Below are positions 49,267 through 59,538 of a stretch of 63,833 bases of DNA, one piece after another. The stretch comes from Candidatus Kaiserbacteria bacterium. GTDB taxonomy: Bacteria > Patescibacteriota > Minisyncoccia > Phycocordibacterales > UBA2100. Position numbers and translations under genes: made by a program. The DNA lies in assembly GCA_021413775.1 (NCBI GenBank), contig JAIOPS010000026.1, positions 1-63,833 on the forward strand, read 5' to 3'. The notes under the pieces were generated by a model. That model did no database searches, was not told the DNA's origin, and worked only from the letters and a program-made list of their open reading frames with translations. Positions within the stretch are counted from its first letter, which is position 1. The number at the start of each line of letters is the position of its first letter.

Positions 49267-49803
49267 TTATCGTTTGCGCCCTTTCCAGATGAAAAACGCG
49301 AGCGCCCCCATGAGCGCGCCGCCGAGAAAAATACCGGTGCTCGGCAAAACGCTGCCTCCCGAGCCGGAGGAAGAAATCGAAAACGGGAACGATGCGACGG
49401 CCATATCGTTACCTTCTTTGTCGCGGAAGCTTGCCTCGATTTTGTACGTACCCGCATCCAGAAAGCTATAGAGCAACGTAGTGGGTCCCAGCTGCTGCTG
49501 GCGGATGCCTGTCGCAAGCAGTGTTTTTTCGTTTCGCACGAGGCGCACCCACACGTGGTCGTACGCGGTGATATCGCTGTTCTTCTCCTCGAGCAGCTGG
49601 AAGTCAAAACGCGCGCTGAGGCCGACTTGAAACTCATTCGGGTCATACCCGATATCAATGACGTACGGCGAAGTGGTCGCGGTCCACGACAGTCCGACCA
49701 CGTGCGCCGAGGCGCGTTCGGTAACGCTCAGCAGTGCCCCGCACACTGTAAGGAGAGTGATTGCAAAATATGCGGATGTGCGGACGAGACGACGTTCTGT
49801 CAT
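49267..49803 (-). CDS. secreted Ig-like protein with predicted mature His1 and LPSTG-TM-basic tail
   Basis: ASA|HVVG; VLPSTG-IFLGGALMGALAFFIW-KGRKR. Confidence 0.75.
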   Translation of the reverse strand: MTERRLVRTSAYFAITLLTVCGALLSVTERASAHVVGLSWTATTSPYVIDIGYDPNEFQVGLSARFDFQLLEEKNSDITAYDHVWVRLVRNEKTLLATGIRQQQLGPTTLLYSFLDAGTYKIEASFRDKEGNDMAVASFPFSISSSGSGGSVLPSTGIFLGGALMGALAFFIWKGRKR

Positions 49804-49821
49804 ATGCGGAGTATATCGCAC

Positions 49822-51012
49822 TCACCGCGGCTGTGAACTTCTCCCGCACTGTGAGCGCATATCGGCCGGGAGCGCGGCACAGAATCGCTGTAACTCATCT
49901 GAATTCTGTCCGAAGATAAACGGTGCCTGCATAGTCAGCGTTTCCATACAATTCCGCGCGATGCTGCCGGGGGCACGCGCACACAGAGAAATGGCTTTAC
50001 TTGCATCATTCCTGTTCTCTTCCAAAACAGCCTGGGCTGTCGTTTTGAAACAGAGGTCCTGACGCTCTGACGGCAGTTTCCCGCACGCATCGGCCGCCTT
50101 CGCGGGGTCGCCCAGCGACATCCGCCCGATGATTGCGGTCGCGGATTGGTAACACGCTGTTTCCTCTTCCGCATTCGGCTGTCCGGAGCAGAATGATTCC
50201 ACCCCGGTACCGTCCGTCATTCCGGCATGCAGCGGCCAGCTTTCGCGGAGGCACGCTCCTTCGTACGCGGGATTCGAGCGGAATGCTGCGCAAAATTGCC
50301 GTACAGTATCCGCTGTCGGCTTTACGGGCATTTGTGCGATGAGAGCATAATCGTCCGGCTCGAGCGGCTGATAGATTTGCATAAACACTCCCTCGCGGCA
50401 TACCCGATGGAAATCATCGCTGGTGGTTTCTTCACAAAGGGCCAGGGCTTTTTTCAGGTCGGCATTTGTAATGAAGTCATAGAGGTGTCCCATGCCGTGA
50501 TAGCACATGGCCTTATCCAGATTGCTCGGATTCCACCCGTTATGCGGTTCGCACGCGCGACGGAAATCGGGCAAAAACTTTTGGAGCGTACTGTCATCGA
50601 GAACTTCCGCGCGAAAGCGCCCCCCCACTACTCCGTGAATGTACCCGTTCGAACACAGTCCGTCCGTCGGATTCATCGGTATCGCATCAACCCACCTGTT
50701 CGGGTCCTCGGCGACGACCTTCTCACCTATTTTATGCGCGAGCACATGGCAGAACTGATAGGACGGGTCTTTCTGACGGATGATACGGATGATGTCGAAA
50801 AGCTGCGGTACCGCGACGCCCGGATACAGCGCGGGCACCTCCTTTTCATAACAGGCACTCGGGTCCGTTTGCGTTTTGCACGTCGTCACGATGGCGTTCG
50901 CGCGGGCCTCCAGACTTCCGGTGCCGACGCTCCTCAGAGACCAAAAAGCGAACACCGACATGATGATTGCCAGCGCAGCCAAACCGCCTACGATGTATTT
51001 TTTGTCCGTCAT
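49822..51012 (-). CDS. Cys/His-rich exported protein, array copy 2
   Basis: CHVLAH / GYIHG / CYHGMGH / GVFMQ; ATGA-coupled. Confidence 0.85.
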   Translation of the reverse strand: MTDKKYIVGGLAALAIIMSVFAFWSLRSVGTGSLEARANAIVTTCKTQTDPSACYEKEVPALYPGVAVPQLFDIIRIIRQKDPSYQFCHVLAHKIGEKVVAEDPNRWVDAIPMNPTDGLCSNGYIHGVVGGRFRAEVLDDSTLQKFLPDFRRACEPHNGWNPSNLDKAMCYHGMGHLYDFITNADLKKALALCEETTSDDFHRVCREGVFMQIYQPLEPDDYALIAQMPVKPTADTVRQFCAAFRSNPAYEGACLRESWPLHAGMTDGTGVESFCSGQPNAEEETACYQSATAIIGRMSLGDPAKAADACGKLPSERQDLCFKTTAQAVLEENRNDASKAISLCARAPGSIARNCMETLTMQAPFIFGQNSDELQRFCAALPADMRSQCGRSSQPR

Positions 51013-52238
51013 GGTGCCTGTATACATGCCTCTTTGTATTGTGCGGGAAACATCCCGCATACCTGTTTTTTCTTGTCCGGTCCGTAAAAACGCGAGAGCC
51101 TCCGGGCCAGGGTATCGTAGCAGATGCTTGTGCCTTCGCGCGCATTCAGCTCCCCGAGTGCGCACATAGGCAAAATCTTCGCGTATTCATTTCCCGGGTC
51201 GCCGTGCTCCATCATCCCGTTTGTAGCGCTGACGATGCACGCCTTGAACAGCGCGTCGTCGGTCACCTTCGTACAATCTTTAAACACGTTCGGATACCCG
51301 TCGAGCGGCGCGAGCCTCTGCATCATCCCCGCGACAATGACGCCGAAGGTCATGTCCCGAATATCTGTCTCCTTGATGCCACCGACGTACTTTGAGGCCG
51401 AAAGCACGTCATCTCCGATAACCGGCTGAAGCTTCTGTCCGAACTCGTAATAACACGCCCAGTGCCATCTTTGAATGAGACCATCACAGTCCTTAAACGG
51501 GTTCTTGAAATCGAATGCGAGTCCGAAGTTCTTTTCTATCATCCAATCCGACATCACGTTGAATACGCCTTCTCTGCATTCTTCCACTTCCTGTTCGGAA
51601 ATGCCCGGAAGCGCTTCGCATTTCTTGAGAGGAGCGTTCACCATCCACGCCACGTCTCCCCACTTGTCTTTCTTGAGAGTATCCGCTACAGATTGAATGA
51701 AACCGTGCCCGCTCGCGTGATAGCAAACCCGTGCGATATCGTGCATGTTCTCCGAAAGACGTCCCCGCAGATACTCGCATGTCTCTTTCACGAAGCTCGG
51801 CTGCGGGTGGTCCTGCGTCATGTGCTCGAGAAAACCGTGAAAAAAGCCGTATCCGCAGGACGTCGTTTCCTGAGGAAAATCCATCTGCGGAAGACTCAGA
51901 CCGTGGGTGACGAAAAATTCATAGTACGCCGTGTCACCAAGGCGATGCGCGTTCACATGGCAGCCCCATGAACCGAAGAGCGGATACGCGTCGTACAGGT
52001 AATCAAAGGCGCGGTACGCAGCGGATACGTCGCCGTTCCTGATGTACTTGAGCGCGATTTGTACGAAACAATTATCCTTATCATCATCGGTGCCGCCCTT
52101 CGATGCGCAGGCGCGGGCTTCAATGCGATTCGTGACACTCTCCACGATACGCGGTCCGCGGATGACGGCTGCAACGGCGAGCACCGCACCGAGCAACGCA
52201 ATCACGAGCACGATATTTCTATGCTTACTGAACCACAT
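51009..52238 (-). CDS. Cys/His-rich exported protein, array copy 3
   Basis: CHVNAH / GFFHG / CYHASGH / GVFNV. Confidence 0.85.
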   Translation of the reverse strand: MWFSKHRNIVLVIALLGAVLAVAAVIRGPRIVESVTNRIEARACASKGGTDDDKDNCFVQIALKYIRNGDVSAAYRAFDYLYDAYPLFGSWGCHVNAHRLGDTAYYEFFVTHGLSLPQMDFPQETTSCGYGFFHGFLEHMTQDHPQPSFVKETCEYLRGRLSENMHDIARVCYHASGHGFIQSVADTLKKDKWGDVAWMVNAPLKKCEALPGISEQEVEECREGVFNVMSDWMIEKNFGLAFDFKNPFKDCDGLIQRWHWACYYEFGQKLQPVIGDDVLSASKYVGGIKETDIRDMTFGVIVAGMMQRLAPLDGYPNVFKDCTKVTDDALFKACIVSATNGMMEHGDPGNEYAKILPMCALGELNAREGTSICYDTLARRLSRFYGPDKKKQVCGMFPAQYKEACIQAP

Positions 52239-52623
52239 GAATAGTGCCCGTATAGTAAGAACGGATATGGTCGTGATACCCCCACCGTCCGATTTTGTCG
52301 AAACGGAATTGCCAGGTGGCATCGGCCGCCACCGGCGCAAGCGGGTCGAACGCGGGATACAACGTGTGATTGGGATGCGGGTCGGACGCCGGCCAGAAAG
52401 GTCTGCCGTTTGTCGTGGAAAAGGTCACTGTGCCGCCCACCCGGATGGTTACATTATTCGGTTCAAACCCTTTGTCCGTCAGCACAACGGTCGCGTGCTC
52501 CTTCACTTCCGTCACCTGCTGTGAAGGCCGGAATACGCCTGTACGCGAAACCAAGAGGACCGTGACTGCTACGACGGCGACTACAAGCATCGCAGGACGG
52601 GAAAATCTCATACGGGCCATCAT
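52225..52623 (-). CDS. cupredoxin-fold protein lacking the type-1 Cys
   Basis: GFEP..VTI..G.TVTF, WPASDPHPNH, F.F...G.WGYHDH...TGTI.V. Confidence 0.8.
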   Translation of the reverse strand: MMARMRFSRPAMLVVAVVAVTVLLVSRTGVFRPSQQVTEVKEHATVVLTDKGFEPNNVTIRVGGTVTFSTTNGRPFWPASDPHPNHTLYPAFDPLAPVAADATWQFRFDKIGRWGYHDHIRSYYTGTIHVVQ

Positions 52624-52651
52624 AGCACCCGAGGTCGGCTAGAAAAAAATG

Positions 52652-53659
52652 CTATCGGGCCCCGCAGAGATTCCCGTACGATATCTGACCGGAGGTGCAA
52701 AGCGCACGTAACTGCGCCTTCCCCGCATCACTTTGCAGGAGGTGCTGCAGCGCCTCATGGAGACAGGCATCCCTATCCGGTGCCGTCGGCATGACAGAGC
52801 ACCAATCCCGCATCGTGGCCGATTCGTATCCGCTTCCCGGTCCGATAGTGTTTCCGATACCCCGGAAACACGTGTCTCTGAGCGCGGAATCCGTAATGAC
52901 CGCACAGAGACCTCCGACCACCCGATATTGATCCTTCGTAGACACATCTTTTTCGCCGAGTGACGCTTTCCACCATGACGGAAGCTCGTAATAACACGCA
53001 CCGCGGAACTTTTCCGGTACTTCTGTTGCGCACGGTTCGTTTGCGGCCGAAGCGTCAAAGGGCCGCAGCTTGATGCCGTCCGCGCTTTGCATCGTGTTGT
53101 AGTTGTACTCCATGAATACGCCTCCGTAACATCCGCCGATGGTCTGACCGTTGTTAACGGATGCGCAAGCCTCGAGTGCCTGAGAAAGTTTTTCATTGCC
53201 GAGGTACGCAAGAATACCGTGTCCGATTCCATGAATGCAACCGAACGCAATCATAGAATCGCCTGCTCCGTTGCAGGCGTCACGCAAATCGTTCGTCCCG
53301 CTCAGTCCGCGCGCACTAAGCGCCGCTCCTGCAAACCCGTGATAACAGCCGTATGCGAAATCCTGCGTACATTTCTGGATACCCTGCATGCCGAATTTTT
53401 TGTAGAGAATTCCGCCGATAACGTGCGCCAGTTTATGCGCCTCGTCGTAGGACAGAGGGTTCGCCTCTTTCATAAATTCTCCGTACGCACCGTCGGGCGA
53501 ACGGTCGAAGGCATCTTCCCATTTCTTTTCGAGCTGCTGATACGCGGACAGCGGGCCGGGCTGCTGAACGGTCTTTTGACCACGCGCGTACAGAACACAT
53601 ACGGACAGAACCAGCAGCAGCGCGACTCCTCCGACCAGGTATGCCAGTGACTTTTTCAT
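52652..53659 (-). CDS. Cys/His-rich exported protein, array copy 4
   Basis: AHKLAH / GCYHG / CIHGIGH / GVFME. Confidence 0.85.
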   Translation of the reverse strand: MKKSLAYLVGGVALLLVLSVCVLYARGQKTVQQPGPLSAYQQLEKKWEDAFDRSPDGAYGEFMKEANPLSYDEAHKLAHVIGGILYKKFGMQGIQKCTQDFAYGCYHGFAGAALSARGLSGTNDLRDACNGAGDSMIAFGCIHGIGHGILAYLGNEKLSQALEACASVNNGQTIGGCYGGVFMEYNYNTMQSADGIKLRPFDASAANEPCATEVPEKFRGACYYELPSWWKASLGEKDVSTKDQYRVVGGLCAVITDSALRDTCFRGIGNTIGPGSGYESATMRDWCSVMPTAPDRDACLHEALQHLLQSDAGKAQLRALCTSGQISYGNLCGAR

Positions 53660-53669
53660 GTGAAGCGGA

Positions 53670-54881
53670 TTAGCGTACTGTGCGGGTCTTTTGGTAACAC
53701 GAGTCATGCCACTCATCCGGTATGGCATCGCACAGCGTCTTTGCCTCTACCGATCCCTGCGGCATCCCTTGTTCCGCGTATGTCACCAGTTCCATCCAGC
53801 ACGATTGTTTCGCTTCCTGCGGCGCGTCGTTGCAGATACCGACTGCCTTCGCGACATTCTTCCAGTCAGCCCACACGAATTTTGAAGCGGTGCGAGCCCA
53901 GCAACTGTTCCGAAAATCCGGGTCGACGATTCCGCGGCAAAACTCCTCTATTTTCGGCACGTCGTAATGCAGCGTCTCGATGACGGGATATATTATCGCG
54001 GACGCGCAGTACAACTCAGCGCTCCTGTCGCTCGAGAGATTGCAGAGCGCTTCCATTATGTGCGGGTCAGTGGAGCTTCCCGGCACATCGGGCCACGATT
54101 CTTTGACGCATGTGTTGTATACGAGCCCCGTAAACTGCGAGCAGAATTTTTTCGTATTCTTCGCCAGGGGCCCCACCTCGTGGACGAGCACCTCATCCTC
54201 AGGTTCGAGCGGTTGATAGAGCTGCATGAAAACTCCCTCATAGCAGGTCTGTCTGAAATCATAATCGGGCAGTTTGGCTATCGCAGCACACAGAGCAACC
54301 GATTTCTTTACGTCTGCCTGCGTCACGTAAAGAAAGAGGTGACCCATGCCGTGCATACAGGACGAACGATCGAGGAGCGTCGGATTCCAAGCGCCCCGCG
54401 GATCACACACTCCCGCGAGCATGCCCTTCATCTCATCGACTGATACCGTGCCAAGGGACTCCAAGCGGAAACGTTCCTGGAATGCCCCGTGGACGGCGCC
54501 GGAACCGCAGATACCCATCGGCGAGCGAACCACAACGTCTTTCCATTTTGACGGGTCCCTCGCCACCTCTTTCGACGTGACGAGATGTGCGAGTACGTGA
54601 CACGATTGGTAACCGGGGTCCAGCTGCTGGATGAGCCGCACAACGGAAAAAGTCCTTTCCATCGACAGTCCTGCATCCATGAGCGTGGGCACATTTTTTT
54701 GATAGCATATCTCCTTCTGCGCCTCGGTTGTAGCCGCTTTGCATGCGGCGACTTCACGATGAGCCACAGCGTTATCGCTTTCAAAGTGTGTAGGCAGGAG
54801 CGAGGGAAAAGCAGCGACGCCGGCCAGCACAAGAGCTACAAGCGCGAGCGCGAGCACAACAGCAATGCGGATTTTTTTCAT
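53670..54881 (-). CDS. Cys/His-rich exported protein, array copy 5
   Basis: CHVLAH / GAVHG / CMHGMGH / GVFMQ. Confidence 0.85.
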   Translation of the reverse strand: MKKIRIAVVLALALVALVLAGVAAFPSLLPTHFESDNAVAHREVAACKAATTEAQKEICYQKNVPTLMDAGLSMERTFSVVRLIQQLDPGYQSCHVLAHLVTSKEVARDPSKWKDVVVRSPMGICGSGAVHGAFQERFRLESLGTVSVDEMKGMLAGVCDPRGAWNPTLLDRSSCMHGMGHLFLYVTQADVKKSVALCAAIAKLPDYDFRQTCYEGVFMQLYQPLEPEDEVLVHEVGPLAKNTKKFCSQFTGLVYNTCVKESWPDVPGSSTDPHIMEALCNLSSDRSAELYCASAIIYPVIETLHYDVPKIEEFCRGIVDPDFRNSCWARTASKFVWADWKNVAKAVGICNDAPQEAKQSCWMELVTYAEQGMPQGSVEAKTLCDAIPDEWHDSCYQKTRTVR

Positions 54882-56068
54882 ACGTCGCATTGGGATTTTC
54901 TATACTTCTCCGGTATCTGCCCGCAAACGGTATGCAACACATCGGGTTCGAAATAGTATTCGGACAAAAGCTGAATCGTCGCGTAGCACGAGTCGCGTAA
55001 TCCGGCGGGAAACGTTTCTGCGCTGCAAAGATTCTCGGCTTCGATGTACTGTTTTCCCGGCGAGCCGAACTCGAAAATACCTCCGACAAGACCACTGACG
55101 CAGCTGTCTCGCAGTTCGGCGGTGGGCAATTCACATACGCGAACCTGCTCCGGCTGGAGTTGCTTTTGATCCCATTTGAGAATTTGTATATAGAACGAGA
55201 CGGCTTCGTGAATGGCGAGTGCCCGGTACTTTTGGTTCGTTATCGTATTGCCGAACGCGACCATGCCTTTTAAGTCATGGTTGGCGAGAGCTGCGGCCTG
55301 TGTATTCATTTGGTCGTAACACGTTTCCGTCTCAAGAGGTGTGAAGCCGCCCACGCGACAAAGCGCGTACGGGTCAGTCCCGGAGTCGAGTTTGTACTTC
55401 GGATTCGGATACATATTACCGATGGCGTTGAAAACACCCGACACGCACCGCATGTGCCACGTTTCATTGCCTGCCGAGACTTTGTCGCAGACAGCCAACC
55501 CCGGTTTCGCTATCGCGACCGCGTCGCCCCACAATCGCGGGTCGGTTCCGTCGGTTATACCGTGGCCGATGCCGTGATAGCACGAGCCTTCCGCGAATTC
55601 AGGCGGCGGCGGGTGCGGGACATTCTTACCGACATACGTGCAGAACGCGCGAGCAACCTCCATGTCGTTCGTGTCCACATACAGCGCATCCATGAAGCCG
55701 TGATAGAAGCCGTATCCGCAGTACGACGCCTTGCTCGTGAGTTCAGTCTTCCCTGTTTTCTGAAATTCCTCGTACGCGGCCTTTCCCAGTTCGTGCGTGA
55801 CATCGTGACACGTACCCGCAAACCCGGGGTCCGTATCATACGCAAGTGCAAGCGCGTCAAATGCCGCAGAAATCCCCTTCGCGCGCAACAGGTTCTCTAT
55901 CTCCGTTGCATAACAGAGAGGTTTGTTCCCGGCGCTCGCGCAGATTTCCAGAACACGTGCAGGATTTTCGCGCGAGATGAATGTATGCGCGACGATGCCC
56001 GCGAGCGCGAACATGGCGCATAAGAGAAAGCCGACAATAGAAAGCTTGAAATAGCGTGAACTCATCAT
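54878..56068 (-). CDS. Cys/His-rich exported protein, array copy 6
   Basis: CHDVTH / GFYHG / CYHGIGH / GVFNA. Confidence 0.85.
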   Translation of the reverse strand: MMSSRYFKLSIVGFLLCAMFALAGIVAHTFISRENPARVLEICASAGNKPLCYATEIENLLRAKGISAAFDALALAYDTDPGFAGTCHDVTHELGKAAYEEFQKTGKTELTSKASYCGYGFYHGFMDALYVDTNDMEVARAFCTYVGKNVPHPPPPEFAEGSCYHGIGHGITDGTDPRLWGDAVAIAKPGLAVCDKVSAGNETWHMRCVSGVFNAIGNMYPNPKYKLDSGTDPYALCRVGGFTPLETETCYDQMNTQAAALANHDLKGMVAFGNTITNQKYRALAIHEAVSFYIQILKWDQKQLQPEQVRVCELPTAELRDSCVSGLVGGIFEFGSPGKQYIEAENLCSAETFPAGLRDSCYATIQLLSEYYFEPDVLHTVCGQIPEKYRKSQCDV

Positions 56069-57285
56069 AGCGTAGTATGTGTATTCGTAAGACACGTCGA
56101 ACGCCACTTCTCCGGCATCCCGCCGCACAACGCTTTGGTCTGAGGAGAATCGGGCTTCATTCCCTGCTCCGCATATCCTGAAAGTTCTTTCCAACAGGCA
56201 TCAGCGGACGGCGGTGAATCCGAGCACACAGCAATTGCTTGGGGTACGTTTTTCCAATCAGTCTCGACGAACCGGACGGCCGTACGCGAGACGCAGATGT
56301 CACGGACTGACGGATCAGGAAGCTGTGAACAGAGCGAGAGCATAGACTTTGCATCATATTCTTTCATCCCCATGACAACAAATACGAGTCCCCGTACGCA
56401 GTTGTCGTACCCGTCTTTACCTTTAAGCGGTGCGCACACGGCGTCGAAACCTTCCGGAGTCATAATATGCTCCTTTTCAACAGGCCAGCTCTCTTTGATA
56501 CACGTCTCAAACGCGAGTCCGGGATATTGGCTGCAAAATTTCACCCTGTCTTTCGATGCGGACGTTAATTTGGCAACAAGACCGATATCCTCGGGTTCGA
56601 GCGGCTGATAAATCTGCATGAAAACTCCCTCCTCGCAGGTCTCGACGAAATCAGCGACCGGCGCTTTCCCTTTCCCCAACACCTCGCAAAGCGCAATGGA
56701 TTTCGAGATGTTCGCATCCGTGATGTAAACGAGCAAGTGCCCCATGCCGTGCATGCAACTCGAACGCTCTATCAGGGTCGGCGACCAACCTTCACGGGGG
56801 TCGCACGCACCGGCGATAAGATTCCGCACTTCCTCAACAGACGCATTCGGCAAGGACGTCGAACGGAAGCGCTCCTGGAAAGCACCGTGCAGGGCGCCGT
56901 TTCCGCACATTCCTGCGGGCACGCGTGCGATGATATCTTTCCATTTCGACGGATCCTTTGCCGTCTCTTTCGCGGATATGAGGTGCGCCAATACGTGGCA
57001 GTAGTGATACGTGGGGTCAAGCTCCTGGACAATCGCGGTCACGGCATACGCACGCTCCATCGAAAGACCCTTGTCCATGAGCGCGGGAACTGATTTTTCG
57101 TAACATAAATCTCTGCTCGAGCCCTTTTCTTTCGCGCACGCCGTCACTATGTCCGCTGCTATCTTTGCGTCGCTCCGCATGCTTCCGGGTAAACGTGCCA
57201 GCAAAATCCAAGCGAGGAGCACTCCGATAAGCACGAGCGCTCCGACGATAATAAGCATGCGGTATGTCTTTCGTACGTACATCAT
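56065..57285 (-). CDS. Cys/His-rich exported protein, array copy 7
   Basis: CHVLAH / GALHG / CMHGMGH / GVFMQ. Confidence 0.85.
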   Translation of the reverse strand: MMYVRKTYRMLIIVGALVLIGVLLAWILLARLPGSMRSDAKIAADIVTACAKEKGSSRDLCYEKSVPALMDKGLSMERAYAVTAIVQELDPTYHYCHVLAHLISAKETAKDPSKWKDIIARVPAGMCGNGALHGAFQERFRSTSLPNASVEEVRNLIAGACDPREGWSPTLIERSSCMHGMGHLLVYITDANISKSIALCEVLGKGKAPVADFVETCEEGVFMQIYQPLEPEDIGLVAKLTSASKDRVKFCSQYPGLAFETCIKESWPVEKEHIMTPEGFDAVCAPLKGKDGYDNCVRGLVFVVMGMKEYDAKSMLSLCSQLPDPSVRDICVSRTAVRFVETDWKNVPQAIAVCSDSPPSADACWKELSGYAEQGMKPDSPQTKALCGGMPEKWRSTCLTNTHTTL

Positions 57286-58295
57286 TGAATAGCAAAAAAA
57301 TACTCTTTCAGGCATGTCGAGGATTCGGAAGCATTGAGGCCTTTGGTACAGACGCCTTCCGCCTTATCCCGAGTGACAGGGTCGGCATAGAATGCCCACG
57401 CGAGCCCCTCTCGACACCACAGGCGCGCGTTTCCTGTCGCCGCGTTGTCACAAAACACTTCTCCCGCATCGGCATTGAAATGCGTCTCAGGAATGATGCC
57501 GTATCCGAGCCCGCGGTAACATGCGACCCGGAGACGGGATTCCGCGACAGCGGCGCAAAATCCTCCGAGCTTCTGCGGCAAAGCGGAATCGAACGGAAGC
57601 GCGGTCGCCCACCATGCGGGCAGGCCGAAGTAACATGCTTCCGGATACAAACTCAGCGAAGGGCACGGCTCGTACACATTCCCAGCATCAAACGGACGGT
57701 AGCGCTTCGTCGCATCTTTTTCCATGACACGGAAGTTGTACTCCATAAATACTCCGTCCGCACATCCTCCAATCGGCTTTTTCCAGGAAAGAGTCGCGCA
57801 TAAGGATAGAGATTTTTCTACATCCTGAATGCCGTATCCGTAGTACGAGAGCAGGCCGTGCCCGATGCCGTGAAAACATCCTGTGCCATCCGGGCCGTAG
57901 ATAGTGACACATGTGGCATCGAGAACTTTCACAACATCCGGACCGTGCTCTGCAATCGCGCGCCCGAGAAAGCTATGGTAGCAACCAAATCCGAAGCTTC
58001 CGTCACAGACCGTAAAGCCCTTGATGCCCTCGTGCTCGTAGAGAACCTCGCCGAAAATATGAGCGGATGTGTGCTGGTCGACGGCGGAAAGCTTTGCATT
58101 CTCGTTTTTAAACATCCCGAACGCTTCCGCAGCGGAGCGGCCGGCAAACAAAGATTCCATGTGAGCCCGTTCGTCGGAAAAAGCGCCGGAGTCGGTACCC
58201 GCTTTTTCACCACGTGCAGACAACAAAATCGCTGCCGATGCAGCGAGAATCACAATAAGTGCGAGCGCCGAAACGACAATGCGGACTCGGCTCAT
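57282..58295 (-). CDS. Cys/His-rich exported protein, array copy 8
   Basis: QHTSAH / GCYHS / CFHGIGH / GVFME. Confidence 0.85.
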   Translation of the reverse strand: MSRVRIVVSALALIVILAASAAILLSARGEKAGTDSGAFSDERAHMESLFAGRSAAEAFGMFKNENAKLSAVDQHTSAHIFGEVLYEHEGIKGFTVCDGSFGFGCYHSFLGRAIAEHGPDVVKVLDATCVTIYGPDGTGCFHGIGHGLLSYYGYGIQDVEKSLSLCATLSWKKPIGGCADGVFMEYNFRVMEKDATKRYRPFDAGNVYEPCPSLSLYPEACYFGLPAWWATALPFDSALPQKLGGFCAAVAESRLRVACYRGLGYGIIPETHFNADAGEVFCDNAATGNARLWCREGLAWAFYADPVTRDKAEGVCTKGLNASESSTCLKEYFFAIQ

Positions 58296-59515
58296 AACGA
58301 GAGCTTCGTTCTGCAGGCAGACTGATACTCTCCAGGTACCTGCGCGCAGAAAGCCGCGGCAGGATTACTCTTCGGGGCAACGTAATGTGAAGCCTCTTCG
58401 AAGAGTGCCTGAAAGCATGCCGGACGTTCAGCAGAGTCGGCACTACCGCAAAAGCGAATCGCCGCTTTCGAGTCGTTCTCACCTCCCCAAAAGAGAGACG
58501 CGACAATCGACTGTTCGCATGCATCATAGGCTTCTTTGTGAGGAGCCAGTGCGCACCATTCTCGCATTTGGTTCAGCTGCTGGTCAGTCGCGTCCGCAAT
58601 CGAACGGATATCACGCATCATCGCAAGCACGGGAAACTCCTTGCCGATGCCGCCGAAGCAGGCCTGACGCAGTTCGGGAGTGTCTTTCGAAAGACGGTCG
58701 CAGTATGTAAATGCTTTTGCGAAATGTTCCGGTTTGGGAATATCGAGATTCGCTCCCGCGGCTTCGAAGAGGTGCGGTGTGATATACACGTAACACAAAC
58801 CCTTCGCGTCGGACGGAATGACACTCGTTGAGCATGGCGCAAGCGGATCCTTCGGGTCGTAGTATTTTTCGCGCGCCTTGAGCCACAAATTACGGTCATG
58901 ACCTCCGCCGCCCATCAGTTCCATAATCGCGCCTCCCACACACTGCACATACTCATCGTTGTGATACTGCGCCGTACCGGTCTTGCGGCAAAAGTCGACT
59001 GTCTTCGCGAGATCGTATCCGTAGAAAGCAAAGACGCCGTGGCCGAGTCCGTGATAGCACATTGTGTATGCGCCGGAGCCGCCGGGAGCCTTGCGGCACG
59101 CGTCGTTGATAAGAGAGAGCGCTTTTGTGCCGCCGTATTCATTCAGCGTGCCGATGACGATTGCGTGCGAACAGGCATTCCTGAAATCCTGGGTACAGTC
59201 GGCAATACCGTCGACTCCTTTTTGTTTGTACAGCTCATCCCCCACCGTGTGACCGAGGAGGTGCAAGTCTGTATTCGGCGGAAGCTGCGCCCTGCCGAGA
59301 ACTGCATAGGCGTACACCGCACCTTTTTTTTGCGCGAGTGCCGCGAAGCGATCCGAAAGTTCCTGGAAATTTCGCGCATCCGCTCCGATAGTTTCCGCCT
59401 CAGGGTATGAGCCGCCGGAAGTGGTGCGGGCGAAGAGCGCGATAAGACCTCCTACAAGAACGAGGAGCGTCACTCCAATAACAACCGGTACGTTCAGATG
59501 AGGTACACGTTTCAT
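58292..59515 (-). CDS. Cys/His-rich exported protein, array copy 9
   Basis: LHLLGH / ACSHA / CYHGLGH / GAIME. Confidence 0.85.
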   Translation of the reverse strand: MKRVPHLNVPVVIGVTLLVLVGGLIALFARTTSGGSYPEAETIGADARNFQELSDRFAALAQKKGAVYAYAVLGRAQLPPNTDLHLLGHTVGDELYKQKGVDGIADCTQDFRNACSHAIVIGTLNEYGGTKALSLINDACRKAPGGSGAYTMCYHGLGHGVFAFYGYDLAKTVDFCRKTGTAQYHNDEYVQCVGGAIMELMGGGGHDRNLWLKAREKYYDPKDPLAPCSTSVIPSDAKGLCYVYITPHLFEAAGANLDIPKPEHFAKAFTYCDRLSKDTPELRQACFGGIGKEFPVLAMMRDIRSIADATDQQLNQMREWCALAPHKEAYDACEQSIVASLFWGGENDSKAAIRFCGSADSAERPACFQALFEEASHYVAPKSNPAAAFCAQVPGEYQSACRTKLSL

Positions 59516-59538
59516 TCAACAAATGTAGCAACGAACCG

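Noticed and set aside
47991..59515. Multiheme c-type cytochromes
   Set aside because: CH and CxH occur but not CxxCH; Cys spacing fits disulfides
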